A stretch of DNA of 64,000 nt from Macrostomum lignano. Taxonomy: Eukaryota. Shown piece after piece: positions 22,720-36,220 of this stretch; position 1 is the stretch's first letter; every line of letters begins with the position of its first letter. The position numbers and the translations under genes were made by a program. The stretch is from positions 124,001 through 188,000 of the forward strand of contig NIVC01000793.1 of the NCBI GenBank assembly GCA_002269645.1, written 5' to 3'. Under the pieces are notes generated by a model, which worked only from the letters and a program-made list of their open reading frames with translations, searched no databases and was not told the origin of the DNA.

Positions 22720-24533
22720 TTGCCCTCGCCCCAACCCAAGGAATCGCCCCCTGCCCCAACCCAAGGAATAGCACCCCTTCCTTAACCCAAGGCATCGCCT
22801 CCGCCTGCCCCAACCCAAGGAATAGCACCCCTTCCTTAACCCAAGGCATCGCCTCCGCCAGCCCCAACCCAAGGAATAGCACCCCTTCCTTAACCCAAGG
22901 CATCGCCTCCGCCTGCCCCAACCCAAGGAATAGCACCCCTTCCTTAACCCAAGGCATCGCCTCCGCCTGCCCCAACCCAAGGAATAGCACCCCTTCCTTA
23001 ACCCAAGGCATCGCCTCCGCCTGCCCCAACCCAAGGAATCGCCCCCCCCCCTGCCTCAACCCAAGGAATCGCCCCCCCCCCTGCCTCAACCCAAGGAATC
23101 GCCCCCTGCCCCAACCCAAGGAATAGCACCCCTTCCTTAACCCAAGGCATCGCCTCCGCCTGCCCCAACCCAAGGAATAGCACCCCTTCCTTAACCCAAG
23201 GCATCGCCTCCGCCTGCCCCAACCCAAGGAATAGCACCCCTTCCTTAACCCAAGGCATCGCCTCCGCCTGCCCCAACCCAAGGAATAGCACCCCTTCCTT
23301 AACCCAAGGCATCGCCTCCGCCTGCCCCAACCCAAGGAATCGCCCCCCCCTGCCTCAACCCAAGGAATCGCCCCCCCCTGCCTCAACCCAAGGAATCACC
23401 CCCCCCCTGCCTCAACCCAAGGAATCGTCCCCTGCCCCAACCCAAGGAATCGCCCCCTGCCCCAACCCAAGGAATCGCCCCCTTCCCCAACCCAAGGAAT
23501 CGCCCCCTGCCCCAACCCAAGGAATCGCCCCCTGCCCCAACCCAAGGAATCGCCCCCTTCCCCAACCCAAGGAATCGCCCCCTGCCCCAACCCAAGGAAT
23601 CGCCCCCTTCCCCAACCCAAGGAATCGCCCCCTGCCCCAACCCAAGGAATCGCCTCCGCCTCCCCCAACCCAAAGAATCACCCCCTGCTCAACCCAAGGA
23701 ATCGCCCCCTGCCCCAACCCAAGGAATCGCCCTCTGCCCCAACCCAAGGAATCGCCCCCTGCCCCAATTCAAGGAATCGCCCCCTTCCCCAACCCAAGGA
23801 ATCGCCCCCTGCCCCAACCCAAGGCATCGCCTCCGCCTGCCCCAACCCAAGGAATCGCCCCCTGCCCCAAACCAAGGCATCGCCTCCGCCTGCCCCAACC
23901 TAAGGAATCGCCCCCCTTCCCTAACCCAAGGCATCGCCTCCGCCTGCCCCAACCCAAGGAATCGCCCCCTGCCCCAAACCAAGGCATCGCCTCCGCCTGC
24001 CCCAACCTAAGGAATCGCCCCCCTTCCCTAACCCAAGGAATCGCCTCCGCCTGCCCCAACCCAAGGAATCGCCCCCCCCCCTGCCCCAACCCAAGGAATC
24101 GCCCCCCCTGCCTCAACCCAAGTAATCGTCCCCTGCCCCAACCCAAGGAATCGCCCCCTGCCCCAACCCAAGGAATCGCCCCCTTCCCTAACCCAAGGAA
24201 TCGCCCCCTGCCCCAACCCAAGGCATCGCCTCCGCCTGCCCCAACCCAAAGAATCGCCCCCTGCCCCAACCCAAGGAATCGCCCCCTGCCCCAACCCAAG
24301 GAATCGCCCCCTGCCCCAACCCAAGGAATCGCCCTCTTCCCCAACCCAAGGAATCGCCCCCTGCCCCAACCCAAGGAATCGCCCCCTTCCCCAACCCAAG
24401 GAATCGCCCCCTGCCCCAACCCAAGGAATCGCCCCCTTCCCCAACCCAAGGAATCGCCCTCTTCCCCAACCCAAGGAATCGCCCCCCCTCCCCCAACCCA
24501 AGGAATTCCCCCTGCACCAACCCAAGGAATCGC
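22720..24533. repeat. Complex C-rich minisatellite (core CCCCAACCCAAGGAATCGCCCCCTG, with longer composite units)
   Basis: Tandem variants; the G-rich minus strand gives many spurious ORFs. Confidence 0.95.
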
Positions 24534-24616
24534 CGGCAAGCCTTTATAAGTTTATTTACAAATTGGCGGGCTTGAGAAACAGGTGACCTAATTTTCCTAC
24601 TTTGAAACCTGTTATC

Positions 24617-27600
24617 ATGCTCGAGCCCCGCATGGCAACTAACCAGCTGCAGCCCGGCAGCGACTCGGCATCCTCCTCCAATGCGGGCGCTGATGACGAG
24701 GAGAAGCTGCAGTTCCTCATGTCAGACCCGGAGGCGTCGCCGGACTTGGACGAACTGGGCTCGCCGTTGCCTCCGCTGCCGTTCGCCTCATCGGCCTCAG
24801 CGTCGGCGTCTCAGCCAGCTTCTGTGTCGACCTCCTTCGCGTCGTCTTCCAGCGGTGGAATCTCGGGCCGACGGCAATTCGGCCACAGTCTGGTTATTCA
24901 GCAGCAGCAGCAGCAGCCGTCTGCCATCGGCTCCGCGCCGGCAGCCACGGTCAGGCGCGAGCTGTCCCGACAGCACAGTCGGCATTCGACGTCGGCCGGC
25001 GCCGCAGCCGTTTCTACGCTGTCGCAGCGAGCCAAATCCGCCTGTCTGTCCGCTTTCGGCCTGGCCTTGGCCGGCGATCGCCGGGCAGCTGTATCGGACA
25101 AATGGAGCCAGCGCCGGCTCAACATGATGGCCAGCTACACCAGCGTACGCGTGGAGAAGCTTCAGCACCAGCAGCAGCAGCAGCAGCCGGTTGCCGAAGC
25201 CGCCGCCCCGGCTCACCACCTGTCGTTCGGCTCGCCTCAGCTAGCCGAGTACGAGTCTGTGGGCACATCGGGCTCAATCGCCGCCTACTCTCTGGTTAAT
25301 CGGCAGCTGTCCTCGCCATCAGTGCGAGTCTGTCACCATCACAGTCATAGTCATCAGCCTGTCGATTTTTCTGCCGACAGCGTCGACGAAGCCAATTTTA
25401 GCAGCGGCGGCGTCTCAACCGACGAGTTTCATTTCGAACGGCCCAGCGCGGTCTCCGCTCTGCTGCGCGGCACAGCCAGCGTTATCGCGTCGTCTTCGTT
25501 GTCATGGCGACGGCAGGGACGCTATCCTAGGCCGGAGGCTGGCTCGGCCGGCGTTGATACCGGCTCGTCGCCCATCACGGCTCGAACGGTTGAAATGGCC
25601 CAGATGAACAACAGCTACGACGATGACAGCGAGGAGCCTGCGGCCGCCGGCGTCAGGCTCTACAACAACGCCTCCAACTCGGGCGGCGGCAAACTTGTCC
25701 GCTCCACAGGCCTGGCCAGAATGCTGCGCAATGGCCAACAATCTGGCGGCGGATCTCAAGCGTTGCCAACTTCGTCAACAGCCGCGGCAACCGCCGCCAC
25801 CACCTTAGAGACTCCGGCCGATGCCGCCGCTGCCGGGCCGCCGGCCCCCGCCACTGCCAGCCCGTTTGACAAGCAGTTCCGATCCTACGTGCGCTCCACC
25901 AAGAAACAGCAGCAGCAAACACAACCAGCCGGTGGCGGCGGCGGTGGTGGCGGCGGCACCGGATGCAGCCAAGGCCCAGCCAGCCTGTTGACCTGCTTCG
26001 GCATCCAGGTGCTTAACGATCCCAGCACTGTGGCGCTTCAGCGAGACATTGACCAGACCCTGCTGCATCGCCCGTTCTTCACTTATTGGATCACCCTGGT
26101 TCACGTGCTGGTGTTCTTTGGCACTCTGTTTACCTTCGGCTTTGCCCCGATTGGCGTTACTGTTTATAATACTCGGCTGACAGAGATTATCACTAGGAAT
26201 ATGCTGTCTGCCAAGGTGAGCTTTCTGCATCTTGGCCGTCGGATTTCATTATTAAGCAAAATTCAATTATCATCGTTTCCTCTTAATCTCCCTCAGCCCT
26301 CTCTCCGCCATTCTCTTTCCGCTCTTCTCTTTCCGCCTTCCTATTTCCGCCCTCCTCTCTCCGCCTTTCTCTATCCGCCCTTCTGTTTCCACTCTCTTTA
26401 CGGCCCTCCTCCACCCTTCTTCTTTCGGCCCTTCTCCATGTTCCTCTATCCGTCTATCTCCTCCCACTTCTTTCTCTCCGCATCTCGTCCCCCAGATTCG
26501 CCACCCGGTACATGTAGCTCAACTAGCTACATTCGCGGCCCCCTGCCCGCAGGTGTGCGCCATAGACTATCACAACCTGTTCATCGGGCCGCGCATGTCG
26601 GACCTGATTCGAGTGGGCGCCAAGTACAGCCTGTGCATGCGCAGATATGAGAAGCTCTATAAGAACATTCTGGAGCAGCAGCGCCGAGCCGAGAATCTCA
26701 CCGGCTGTTGCATTCACAATGACGGCTCGGCCTGCTATCAGAGCTCCGCCCCGGCTGCTCGCCATTTATGAGCACCTGGGTGAAATGGACTGCGGATAAG
26801 CCCGGTCCGGAAAATCGAATCAGCGGCCCCGTCTGCGGTCAGGATCCGCGCACCTGTCAGGAGCCGCGCTCAAACGGTTACCAGACCTGGCCGGATGACA
26901 TCACCCGGTGGCCGAACTGTCTCCTGCCGGGGGCTTCCATCTCTGCCACCGATGAACCCAACCACCTTAACTGCCCGATCAGCGCCAGGCCCTGCTGCGT
27001 TGGGATCAAAGGTGCGATAAGCGTCACTCTGAGCACTCTGAAGAAATCCCAAATGATCCTCACTCTGAGCACTCTGGAGAAATCCCAAATAATCCTTACT
27101 CTGAGCACTCTGGATAAATCCCAAATAATCCTTACTCTGAGCACTCTGGAGAAATCCCAAATGATCCTCAATCTGAGCACTCTGGAGAAATCCCAAATAA
27201 TCCTCAATCTGAGCACTCTGGAGAAATCCCAAATAATCCTCACTCTGAGCACTCCGGAGAAATCCCAAATAATCCTCACTCTGAGCACTCTGGAGAAATC
27301 CCAAATGATCCTCAATCTGAGCACTCTGGAGAAATCCCAAATAATCCTCAATCTGAGCACTCTGGAGAAATCCCAAATAATCCTCACTCTGAGCACTCCG
27401 GAGAAATCCCAAATAATCCTCACTCTGAGCACTCTGGAGAAATCCCAAATGATCCTCAATCTGAGCACTCTGGAGAAATCCCAAATGATCCTCAATCTGA
27501 GCACTCTGGAGAAATCCCAAATAATCCTCACTCTGAGCACTCCGGAGAAATCCCAAATAATCCTCACTCTGAGCACTCTGGAGAAATCCCAAATGATCCT

Positions 27601-30600
27601 CAATCTGAGCACTCTGGAGAAATCCCAAATAATCCTCAATCTGAGCACTCTGGAGAAATCCCAAATAATCCTCACTCTGAGCACTCTGAAGAAATCCCAA
27701 ATAATCCTCACTCTGAGCACTCTGGAGAAATCCCAAATGATCCTTACTCTGAGCACTCTGGAGAAATCCCAAATAATCGTCACTCTGAGCACTCTGGAGA
27801 AATCCCAAATAATCCTCAATCTGAGCACTCTGGAGAAATCCCAAATTATCCTCACTCTGAGCACTCTGGAGAAATCCCAAATAATCGTCACTCTGAGCAC
27901 TCTGGAGAAATCCCAAATAATCGTCACTCTGAGCACTCTGGAGAAATCCCAAATAATCGTCACTCTGAGCACTCTGGAGAAATCCCAAATAATCGTCACT
28001 CTGAGCACTCTGGAGAAATCCCAAATGATCCTCACTCTGAGCACTCTGGAGAAATCCCAAATAATCCTTACTCTGAGCACTCTGGATAAATCCCAAATAA
28101 TCCTTACTCTGAGCACTCTGGATAAATCCCAAATAATCCTCAGTCTGAGGAGCACTATGGAGAAATCCTAAATGATCATCACTCTGAGCACTCTGGAGAA
28201 ATCCCAAATGATCCTCAATCTGAGCACTCTGGAGAAATCCCAAATAATCCTCAGTCTGAGGAGCACTATGGAGAAATCCTAAATGATCATCACTCTAGCA
28301 CTTTGGAGAACTCCCAAATGATCATCAATCTGAGCACTCTGGAGAAATCCCAAAGAATCGTCACTCTGAGCACTCTGGATAAATCCCAAAGAATCCTCAC
28401 TCTGAGCACTTACTCTCAAGTTTCCCTACGTACCCTTCAGGCGAATGCGTCCTAACAAGTCAGCACCGTTGCCAATTCCTACGCGGCACATTCTTTCCCG
28501 AGCATCACCTGTGCTCCCAGGTGAATTGCCTTAGCGACGCCTGCGGCATGCTGGGCGTCTCCGATAGGAACCACCCGAGCCAGTTCTACCGCCTGTTCAC
28601 CAGCCTGTTCCTGCACGCCGGCCTCATCACCCTGGCCATCACCCTGCTGCACCATCTGCTGTTCCTGCGCCGGCTGGAGCAGCTGGCCGGCTGGCACAGG
28701 ACCGCCCTGATCTACATCGGCTCCGGCGTGATGGGCAACCTAGTGTCCATTAACTTCCTGCCCTACCTGGTGGATGTTGGCCCGACTAGTGCTCAGGTTT
28801 GAGTTCTTTTTGCTGCTTCAACTATTCAACTACAACTACCCAGACAATCGGCCCTGAACTACCCAGACAATCGGCCCTGAACTACCCAGACAATCGGCCC
28901 TGAACTACCCAGACATCAGCCTTGAGCTACCCAGACAATCAGCCTTAAGCGACCCAGACAATCAGCCTTAAACTACCCTGAGAATCATCCTTAAACTACC
29001 CAGACAATCAGCCTTAAACTACCCAGACAATCAGCCTTAAACTACCCAGACAATCAGCCTTAAACTACCCAGACAATCAGCCTTAAACTACCCAGGCAAT
29101 CAGCCTTAAACTACCCTGAGAGTCAGTCTGAAACTACCCAGACAATCAGCCTTAAGCTGATTAAGGCAATTAAGGCAATTAAGGCAATTAGTGCAATTAA
29201 AACTACCCTGGCAATCAGCCTTAAGCTACCCAGACAATCAGTCTTAAACTACCCAGACAATCAGCCTTAAACTACCCTGAGAATCAGCCTTAAACTACCC
29301 AGACAATCAGCCTTAAACTACCCAGACAATCAGCCTTAAACTACCCAGACAATCAGCCTTAAACTACCCAGACAATCAGCCTTGAACTACCCAGACAATC
29401 AGTCTGAAACTACCCAGACAATCAGCCTTAAACTACCCTGAGAGTCAGTCTGAAACTACCCAGACAATCAGCCTTAAACTACCCTGAGAGTCAGTCTGAA
29501 ACTACCCAGACAATCAGCCTTTAACTACCCTGAGAGTCAGTCTGAAACTACCCAGACAATCAGTCTTAAACTACCGAGACAATCAGCCTTAAACTACCCT
29601 GAGAGTCAGTCTGAAACTACCCAGACAATCAGCCTTTAACTACCCTGAGAGTCAGTCTGAAACTACCCAGACAATCAGTCTTAAACTACCGAGACAATCA
29701 GCCTTAAACTACCCTGAGAATCAGTCTGAAACTACCCTGAGAGTCACTCTGAAACTACCCAGACAATCAGCCTTAAACTACCCTGAGAGTCACTCTGAAA
29801 CTACCCAGACAATCAGCCTTAAACTACCCAGACAATCAGCCTTAAACTACCCTGAGAGTCAGTCTGAAACTACCCAGACAATCAGTCTTAAACTACCGAG
29901 ACAATCAGCCTTAAACTACCCTGAGAGTCAGTCTGAAACTACCCAGACAATCAGGCTTTAACTACCCTGAGAGTCAGTCTGAAACTACCCAGACAATCAG
30001 TCTTAAACTACCGAGACAATCAGCCTTAAACTACCCTGAGAATCAGTCTGAAACTACCCTGAGAGTCACTCTGAAACTACCCAGACAATCAGCCTTAAAC
30101 TACCCTGAGAGTCACTCTGAAACTACCCAGACAATCAGCCTTAAACTACCCAGACAATCAGCCTTAAACTACCCTGAGAGTCAGTCTGAAACTACCCAGA
30201 CAATCAGCCTTAAACTACCATGAGAGTCAGTCTGAAACTACCGAGACAATCAGCCTTCTTAAACTACCCTGAGAGTCAGTCTGAAACTACCCAGACAATC
30301 AGCCTTAAACTACCCTGAGAGTCAGTCTGAAACTACCGAGACAATCAGCCTTAAACTACCCTGAGAGTCAGTCTGAAACTACCCAGACAATCAGCCTTAA
30401 ACTACCCTGACAGTCAGTCTGAAACTACCGAGACAATCAGCCTTAAACTACCCTGAGAGTCAGTCTGAAACTACCGAGACAATCAGCCTTAAACTACCCT
30501 GAGAGTCAGTCTGAAACTACCCAGACAATCAGCCTTAAACTACCCTGAGAGTCAGTCTGAAACTACCCAGACAATCAGCCTCAAACTACCCTGAGAGTCA

Positions 30601-31909
30601 GTCTGAAACTACCCAGACAATCAGCCTTAAACTACCGAGACAATCAGCCTTAAGCTACCCAGACAATCAGCCTTAAACTACCCTGAGAGTCAGTCTGAAA
30701 CTACCCAGACAATCAGTCTTAAACTACCGAGACAATCAGCCTTAAACTACCCTGAGAGTCAGTCTGAAACTACCCAGACAATCAGCCTTTAACTATCCTG
30801 AGAGTCAGTCTGAAACTACCCAGACAATCAGTCTTAAACTACCGAGACAATCAGCCTTAAACTACCCTGAGAGTCAGTCTGAAACTACCCAGACAATCAG
30901 CCTTTAACTACCCTGAGAGTCAGTCTGAAACTACCCAGACAATCAGTCTTAAACTACCGAGACAATCAGCCTTAAACTACCCTGAGAATCAGTCTGAAAC
31001 TACCCAGACAATCAGCCTCAAACTACCCTGAGAGTCAGTCTGAAACTACCGAGACAATCAGCCTTAAGCTACCCAGACAATCAGCCTTAAACTACCCTGA
31101 GAGTCAGTCTGAAACTACCCAGACAATCAGTCTTAAACTACCGAGACAATCAGCCTTAAACTACCCTGAGAATCAGTCTGAAACTACCCAGACAATCAGC
31201 CTCAAACTACCCTGAGAGTCAGTCTGAAACTACCCAGACAATCAGCCTTAAGCTACCCAGACAATCAGCCTTAAACTACCCTGAGAATCAGTCTGAAACT
31301 ACCCAGACAATCAGCCTTAAACTACCCTGAGAGTCAGTCTGAAACTACCCAGACAATCAGCCTTAAACTACCCTGAGAGTCAGTCTGAAACTACCCAGAG
31401 AATCGGCCCTGAACTACCCCACACAGGTTGGCTCGCTGGCGCCAATCCTGATCGAGTTCGGCATGTCCTGGCGATTCGTCACCAACCGCGCCAGATCCGT
31501 GGCCATCTTCCTGCTGGCATTTGCGGTCCTGATAGGCCTGGGCCTTTTCCCCTGGTTCGACAACTTCGCCAATCTGGGCGGCCTGGCCTCCGGCTGCCTG
31601 CTGTCGGTGGTGCTGCTGCCGTACATTCACCGCGGCAGCACTGAGCAGAGCGCCTATCGATGCCGGCTGATCAGCGTCTGCGTCTGCTCGCTTATCTGGC
31701 TCGGCGCCTGTCTACTGTTTGGCGCCATTTTCTACTTGGCGCCAGTGAGCTCCTGCAGCTGGTGCGTGTATTTCAACTGCGCGCCGAAATGGTTCGAGTC
31801 GAATTTTAGGGAGAAAACTTTTGTCGATTATTGCGGCAACGCCGATCTTAATCGTCTGGAGCCTACTAGGTGCATTGAACGGTTCAATACTGACATGGGG
31901 CACTTGTGA
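24617..31909 (+). CDS. RHBDF1: Inactive rhomboid (iRhom, RHBDF1/2-like); exons 24617-26215, 26553-27011, 28441-28796, 31427-31909; apparent 1-nt frameshift at ~26750
   Basis: HRPFFTYWIT, FIGP...GAKYSLCMR, Cys-rich iRhom homology domain (CCIHNDGSACYQ, VCGQDPRTC, RPCCVGIKGEC, LCSQVNC), QFYRLFTSLFLHAG, VGPTS and WFDNFAN. All three introns are GT-AG with compatible phase. Confidence 0.92.
27024..28410. repeat. Intronic minisatellite, 36-bp unit CTCTGAGCACTCTGGAGAAATCCCAAATAATCCTCA
   Basis: Fills almost all of iRhom intron 27012-28440. Confidence 0.97.
28834..31419. repeat. Intronic minisatellite, ~23-bp units (AAACTACCCAGACAATCAGCCTT / AAACTACCCTGAGAGTCAGTCTG), often alternating as a 46-bp dimer
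   Basis: Fills almost all of iRhom intron 28797-31426. Confidence 0.96.
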
Positions 31910-32032
31910 GCTTCTTGGGGTGCTTGGGGTTCTTGGGGTGCTTCTTGCTTGTGCTTGAATACGTGCGGGCTTGTTATTGGCTCTGCTCACTGTTCTGAAA
32001 ACTGCTGGGTTTAGTGTTTTGTATTCATGGAG

Positions 32033-32592
32033 GGAGTTGGATTGTGGTGGCTGCCTGCAGGAGTTGGGTTGTGGTGGCTGCCTGCAGGAGTTGGGTTGTG
32101 GTGGCTGCCTGCAGGAGTTGGGTTGTGGTGGCTGCCTGCAGGAGTTGGGTTGTGGTGGCTGCCTGCAGGAGTTGGGTTGTGGTGGCTGCCTGCAGGAGTT
32201 GGATTGTGGTGGCTGCCTGCAGGAGTTGGGTTGTGGTGGCTGCCTGCAGGAGTTGGGTTGTGGTGGCTGCCTGCAGGAGTTGGGTTGTGGTGGCTGCCTG
32301 CAGGAGTTGGATTGTGGTGGCTGCCTGCAGGAGTTGGGTTGTGGTGGCTGCCTGCAGGAGTTGGATTGTGGTGGCTGCCTGCAGGAGTTGGGTTGTGTTT
32401 GCTGCCTGCAGGAGTTGGGTTGTGGTGGCTGCCTGCAGGAGTTGGGTTGTGTTTGCTGCCTGCAGGAGTTGGGTTGTGGTGGCTGCCTGCAGGAGTTGGA
32501 TTGTGGTGGCTGCCTGCAGGAGTTGGATTGTGGTGGCTGCCTGCAGGAGTTGGGTTGTGGGGGCTGCCTGCAGGAGTTGGGTTGTGGTGGCT
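32033..32592. repeat. Minisatellite, 27-bp unit GGAGTTGGGTTGTGGTGGCTGCCTGCA
   Basis: Direct tandem repeat ~120 nt after the iRhom stop codon. Confidence 0.96.
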
Positions 32593-34061
32593 CATAAATA
32601 GCCAGGAACGGTAATCAAACAAGTCTGTTAACCTTATAATTACTATTTTTAAGTATTCGCTATTTCGCGCGCTCTTTCACACTCTCTAATTGTCCCATGA
32701 TGCAACGCAAACAATAGCTGGCTGCATTTCTTGTATGCAGTTCCTTTTTAGCCTGGGTCTTTGTGACGGCCGAAAGTCTTTGTGTTTTTTTGTAAGAAAA
32801 GCAGCTGAGCTTCGAGTCTGTTGTTAGGCGCACCTGTGTCAGTGAAGTTGATAATGAAGCAGTGCATTTTCTGGCATAAACTAGTGAGCTACTCCTAAGC
32901 ATTCAGTGTATTTTTACTGATAAGCCATATCGCTAATTTCATATTTCATATTTTCAGCTTTCAATTAATTTGTCTGCTAAACAAAATCAAGTATTAACTT
33001 TTCCCTTGCAATGCTACTGCTGTGGTCGGACACGAGTAGTATGTTAATTTGTGAACAAATTGTATTCGCGCGAGTGAAATTCTGTTTGGCATTTTTTTGT
33101 GGAGCTGCAATATTTATTCAGAGATAGGCCTGCACAGACGCTGGAGCGCCTACTGATATATATTTTTTCTCTAGCTATTTTATTTACATACAGGCTTTTG
33201 TCCAAGCAGATAATTTCTACCCTATAATATCATCGTCATTGTTACAATCGCAAGCTTTATTGTCTATCATTTATGTTGTCAGATTCGTCCCCCAAAGTAC
33301 ATGTACGCCTAAACAAATATTCAATTATTGAAATAGTTAAAAACACGTCTATTTTACGCTATTTAAAATTGGCTTTTTGTTTATTATAAAAAAAGGAAAA
33401 CAACTCGACTCTCTCTTCTTTGTTAGAATTTCAGAACACTATTTTACTCAAAAGACCAGCAACATCTCTAAGATGGACATTTTGCTACTTAAATAACTTC
33501 TTGCTGTTTTCATATCAGTAGGCTGTTTATTGTGAATTTTCATGCAGTGTTTTTCAAACTATCTTCGATGCTCTACTTGTAAGTAGCGTGCCAAGCCAAT
33601 TGTTGGCAGAATTTACAGCATTGGGAGCTTGGCGCATATCGCATAAGATGGGAAGGGGCTTTGCGGGTACTATTGACATTTTATCAATAAGTAAAAATCA
33701 GCAGATGGGAAAATTGCAGTAAGAAATAAAATCTGGCTAAAATTTTGATCGAATTGGCATGCAGGTGAGTCTTACTAGTGTTAGTCTTTGGGAGGATTCT
33801 TGGAAGCGGGCGCTTGAGCTGCATGCTGAGTTAATTAACTATTCGTTTTAGATTCAGAGATTCTTCATGCAAAGTACTTTAAAAACAGTAGTGCAACCTG
33901 ATGCAGTCCAAGTGTCAAAAATCGATATCTTATGATAAATGATCATCCGGTTGACTTTTCGCCAACGATTCGCGCTCGTTAGCAAAAATATCTTAGATCC
34001 CATCTCTGTACACGAACACCCTCTCCTGCGCTTCAGTCGGTAAAGTTCACTTCTTTCCCGC

Positions 34062-35409
34062 TCAGACAATGACAGCCTTTGGCGCCGACGGATCCAGCGG
34101 CATCTTCTCGTCCGTGATGTACTTGGCCGACTCGGCCGGGCTGTCCAGCTCGGTGGACTGGCTGTGCCACAGTTCGAATGTCTTGCGCACAACCTCGGCG
34201 GTGACGATGTCGCCTGCGTTCTTGTTGATCACGGATAGGAGGAAGGTGCCGTCGCTGCGAATGAGGTCGTCGACGAACTCGCACTCCCAGGCCTTGTTGC
34301 GCGAGAATTTCTTGCCGTCTGAGTCGATGACTTCAGCAATCTTCAGATACTTCTTCACGATGCGTCGCCGGCTTGGGCTCACCATGAGCTTCACGAGCCA
34401 CCGAGTCAGGGACACGATGTTCAGGCTCAGCATTATCACCACCCAGAACCAAATGACAACGTAGAATTTCTCGTTGAGCATGTTCACTGGCAGGACGCAT
34501 TGCAGAATGTAGGACCTGGGCGCGCCAACGTTGCGCACCTCGAAGTGGCAGTAGGTCACTCTGGGGAACACGTTCGTAGTCTGCCAGGTGCGATTGTTGG
34601 CTATGTCATTGAATATCTGCAGCCCGAAGCTAGTCATGTTGAGGCCCAGGTAGCTTCGCATCAGGTAGAGCTGTCCGATGCAGTTGGCGATGTAGCAGGC
34701 CTTCACCAGCACGTAAGCCGCTAGCAGGTACATTGCGAAGGCCGGCTTGCCTAGCAGGAAGGACGTCAACCGTTTGCACGCGTTCTCGTGACCGTAGCGC
34801 GATCGATAGCGGAAGAATCGCAGCAGGGAGCTGGCCAGGAAAGCCACTTTTGTCTTGCGTTCGTCGCCAACAAGGCAGTCGGACTCGAGCTTGCGAGCCT
34901 GCTCAGCGAGCTGGCGCATGTCAACGCCAACGTTGGTGCTGAGCATCAGCCACAGCAGGTGAGGCACGTAGAACAGCACGGCCTGGGCCATGAGGATGAA
35001 CGGCACCCATTGGTAGTAGTCTGAAATTGGACGAGTGCAAATCAGGTGTGCAATAAACTGACTCAATCCCTAGCTAGGGCGAGATGACCTAGCAAATGTA
35101 CTCACAGATTGTTCTTCCCTCGCCAGGCTTGTTGGTGTGCCCAATAGGCACGTCGGGATCGAAATAGAAGGTATTCTCCACCCAGCAATAGTTCTCGGCG
35201 TACTGCATCCGTTGGTCGTCCAGTTCTTTGAGTGTCCAGCACTGGATCGGCTCAAACACGTACTGCTTCATGCCGATGATGGTGGCGATGGCCAGCAGGA
35301 TGCCAGGCGTCAGCGCGTAGTTCAGCCTGTCATAATAGTCCTCGGCTCCGTGCGGCACCGACTTGGCGGCGCCGGCTAGCTTAGTGAAGCTGCTGAGATA
35401 ACCGTCCAT
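34062..35409 (-). CDS. inx: Innexin (gap-junction protein); exons 35409-35106 and 35020-34062
   Basis: EDYYDRLNY, QYVFEPIQCW, YAENYCW, YYQWVPF, FPRVTYCHF, QCVLPVNMLNEKFY..IWFW. 85-nt intron T|gtgagt...tttcag|AC. Confidence 0.96.
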
Positions 35410-36220
35410 GACTGCTGGCTACAGGGATTCAGGGACTGCTAAGCTGCAGCAGGCTGAACTGGTTCCTAGTGGAGAGACTGCTGGTTTTCAAAACAACCTA
35501 CCATTATTCGCCTTTGGTGGCGTGCGTGTTTATATTATGCATGCTTGGTTGCACAGCAGGTCTGGGGTAGATGGGGTAGAGAGAGAGAGAGAGTGGTCTT
35601 TACTGGAAAGTGAACTGCAGCCAGTACAACTGCCACCAGTCGATCCTATGGCGACCCTAGCTGGTGTGCCTGTTTCACCCGCAATGAGCCCTCCAATCTG
35701 CGTCCTGAGCGCGTCAGTCTCTCTGGCTTTTCTGGCCACAAATTTGCATGGCCGCCTCACCTATTCGAGCTGGGGTTTCGAATTACTTTTCTGCGCAACA
35801 AAAACCTGCCCCGAGGGAGTCGGAAATCGATGCGGACAGTCGTACCTGCGCCACTTTTCTCGATCGGGCATTTCCTTTCTTGGCTTCTCCTGTTCTCCCC
35901 CGGGTCACTTGAGTCCAATTTATTTTTCCGCACATACGCCAGCATTGCAATATTAATTGCGCATAAATTTATGACTCTGAAGTCAACGCCGCACCGGGGA
36001 CTACGCGCTGATTAATTAATTTCGAGAAGGCAAAAGTGTGTCGAATAAAATCACCGATGAGATGAGAGGGCCAGAAAGTGCAACTGCCGATTGGATCAGT
36101 TGGGTTGATTGGCTGACCGTTCGCGGCATGTCTCGGTGTGCTGCCCAAAGGGATATCGAATTGAGCACCGGAATGGTCTCGAAGCAAAGCTTTGGCTGAC
36201 TGACTACAACTGATCGTTAC

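Noticed and set aside
22628-24539. Many Gly/Trp-rich ORFs on the minus strand
   Set aside because: By-products of the G-rich minisatellite.
26216-26552. Phe/Pro/Leu-rich C-terminal part of the 682-aa ORF
   Set aside because: Pyrimidine-rich intron read-through; splicing restores the iRhom motif.
26870-28243. 457-467 aa repeat ORFs (LSTLEKSQ / LQSAQSED), superficially LRR-like
   Set aside because: They lie in a GT-AG intron whose removal restores conserved iRhom CCVGIKG|ECV sequence.
31971-32622. Cys-rich LQELGCGGC repeat ORF (metallothionein/keratin-associated-like)
   Set aside because: 27-bp minisatellite open in four frames; no independent evidence of coding.
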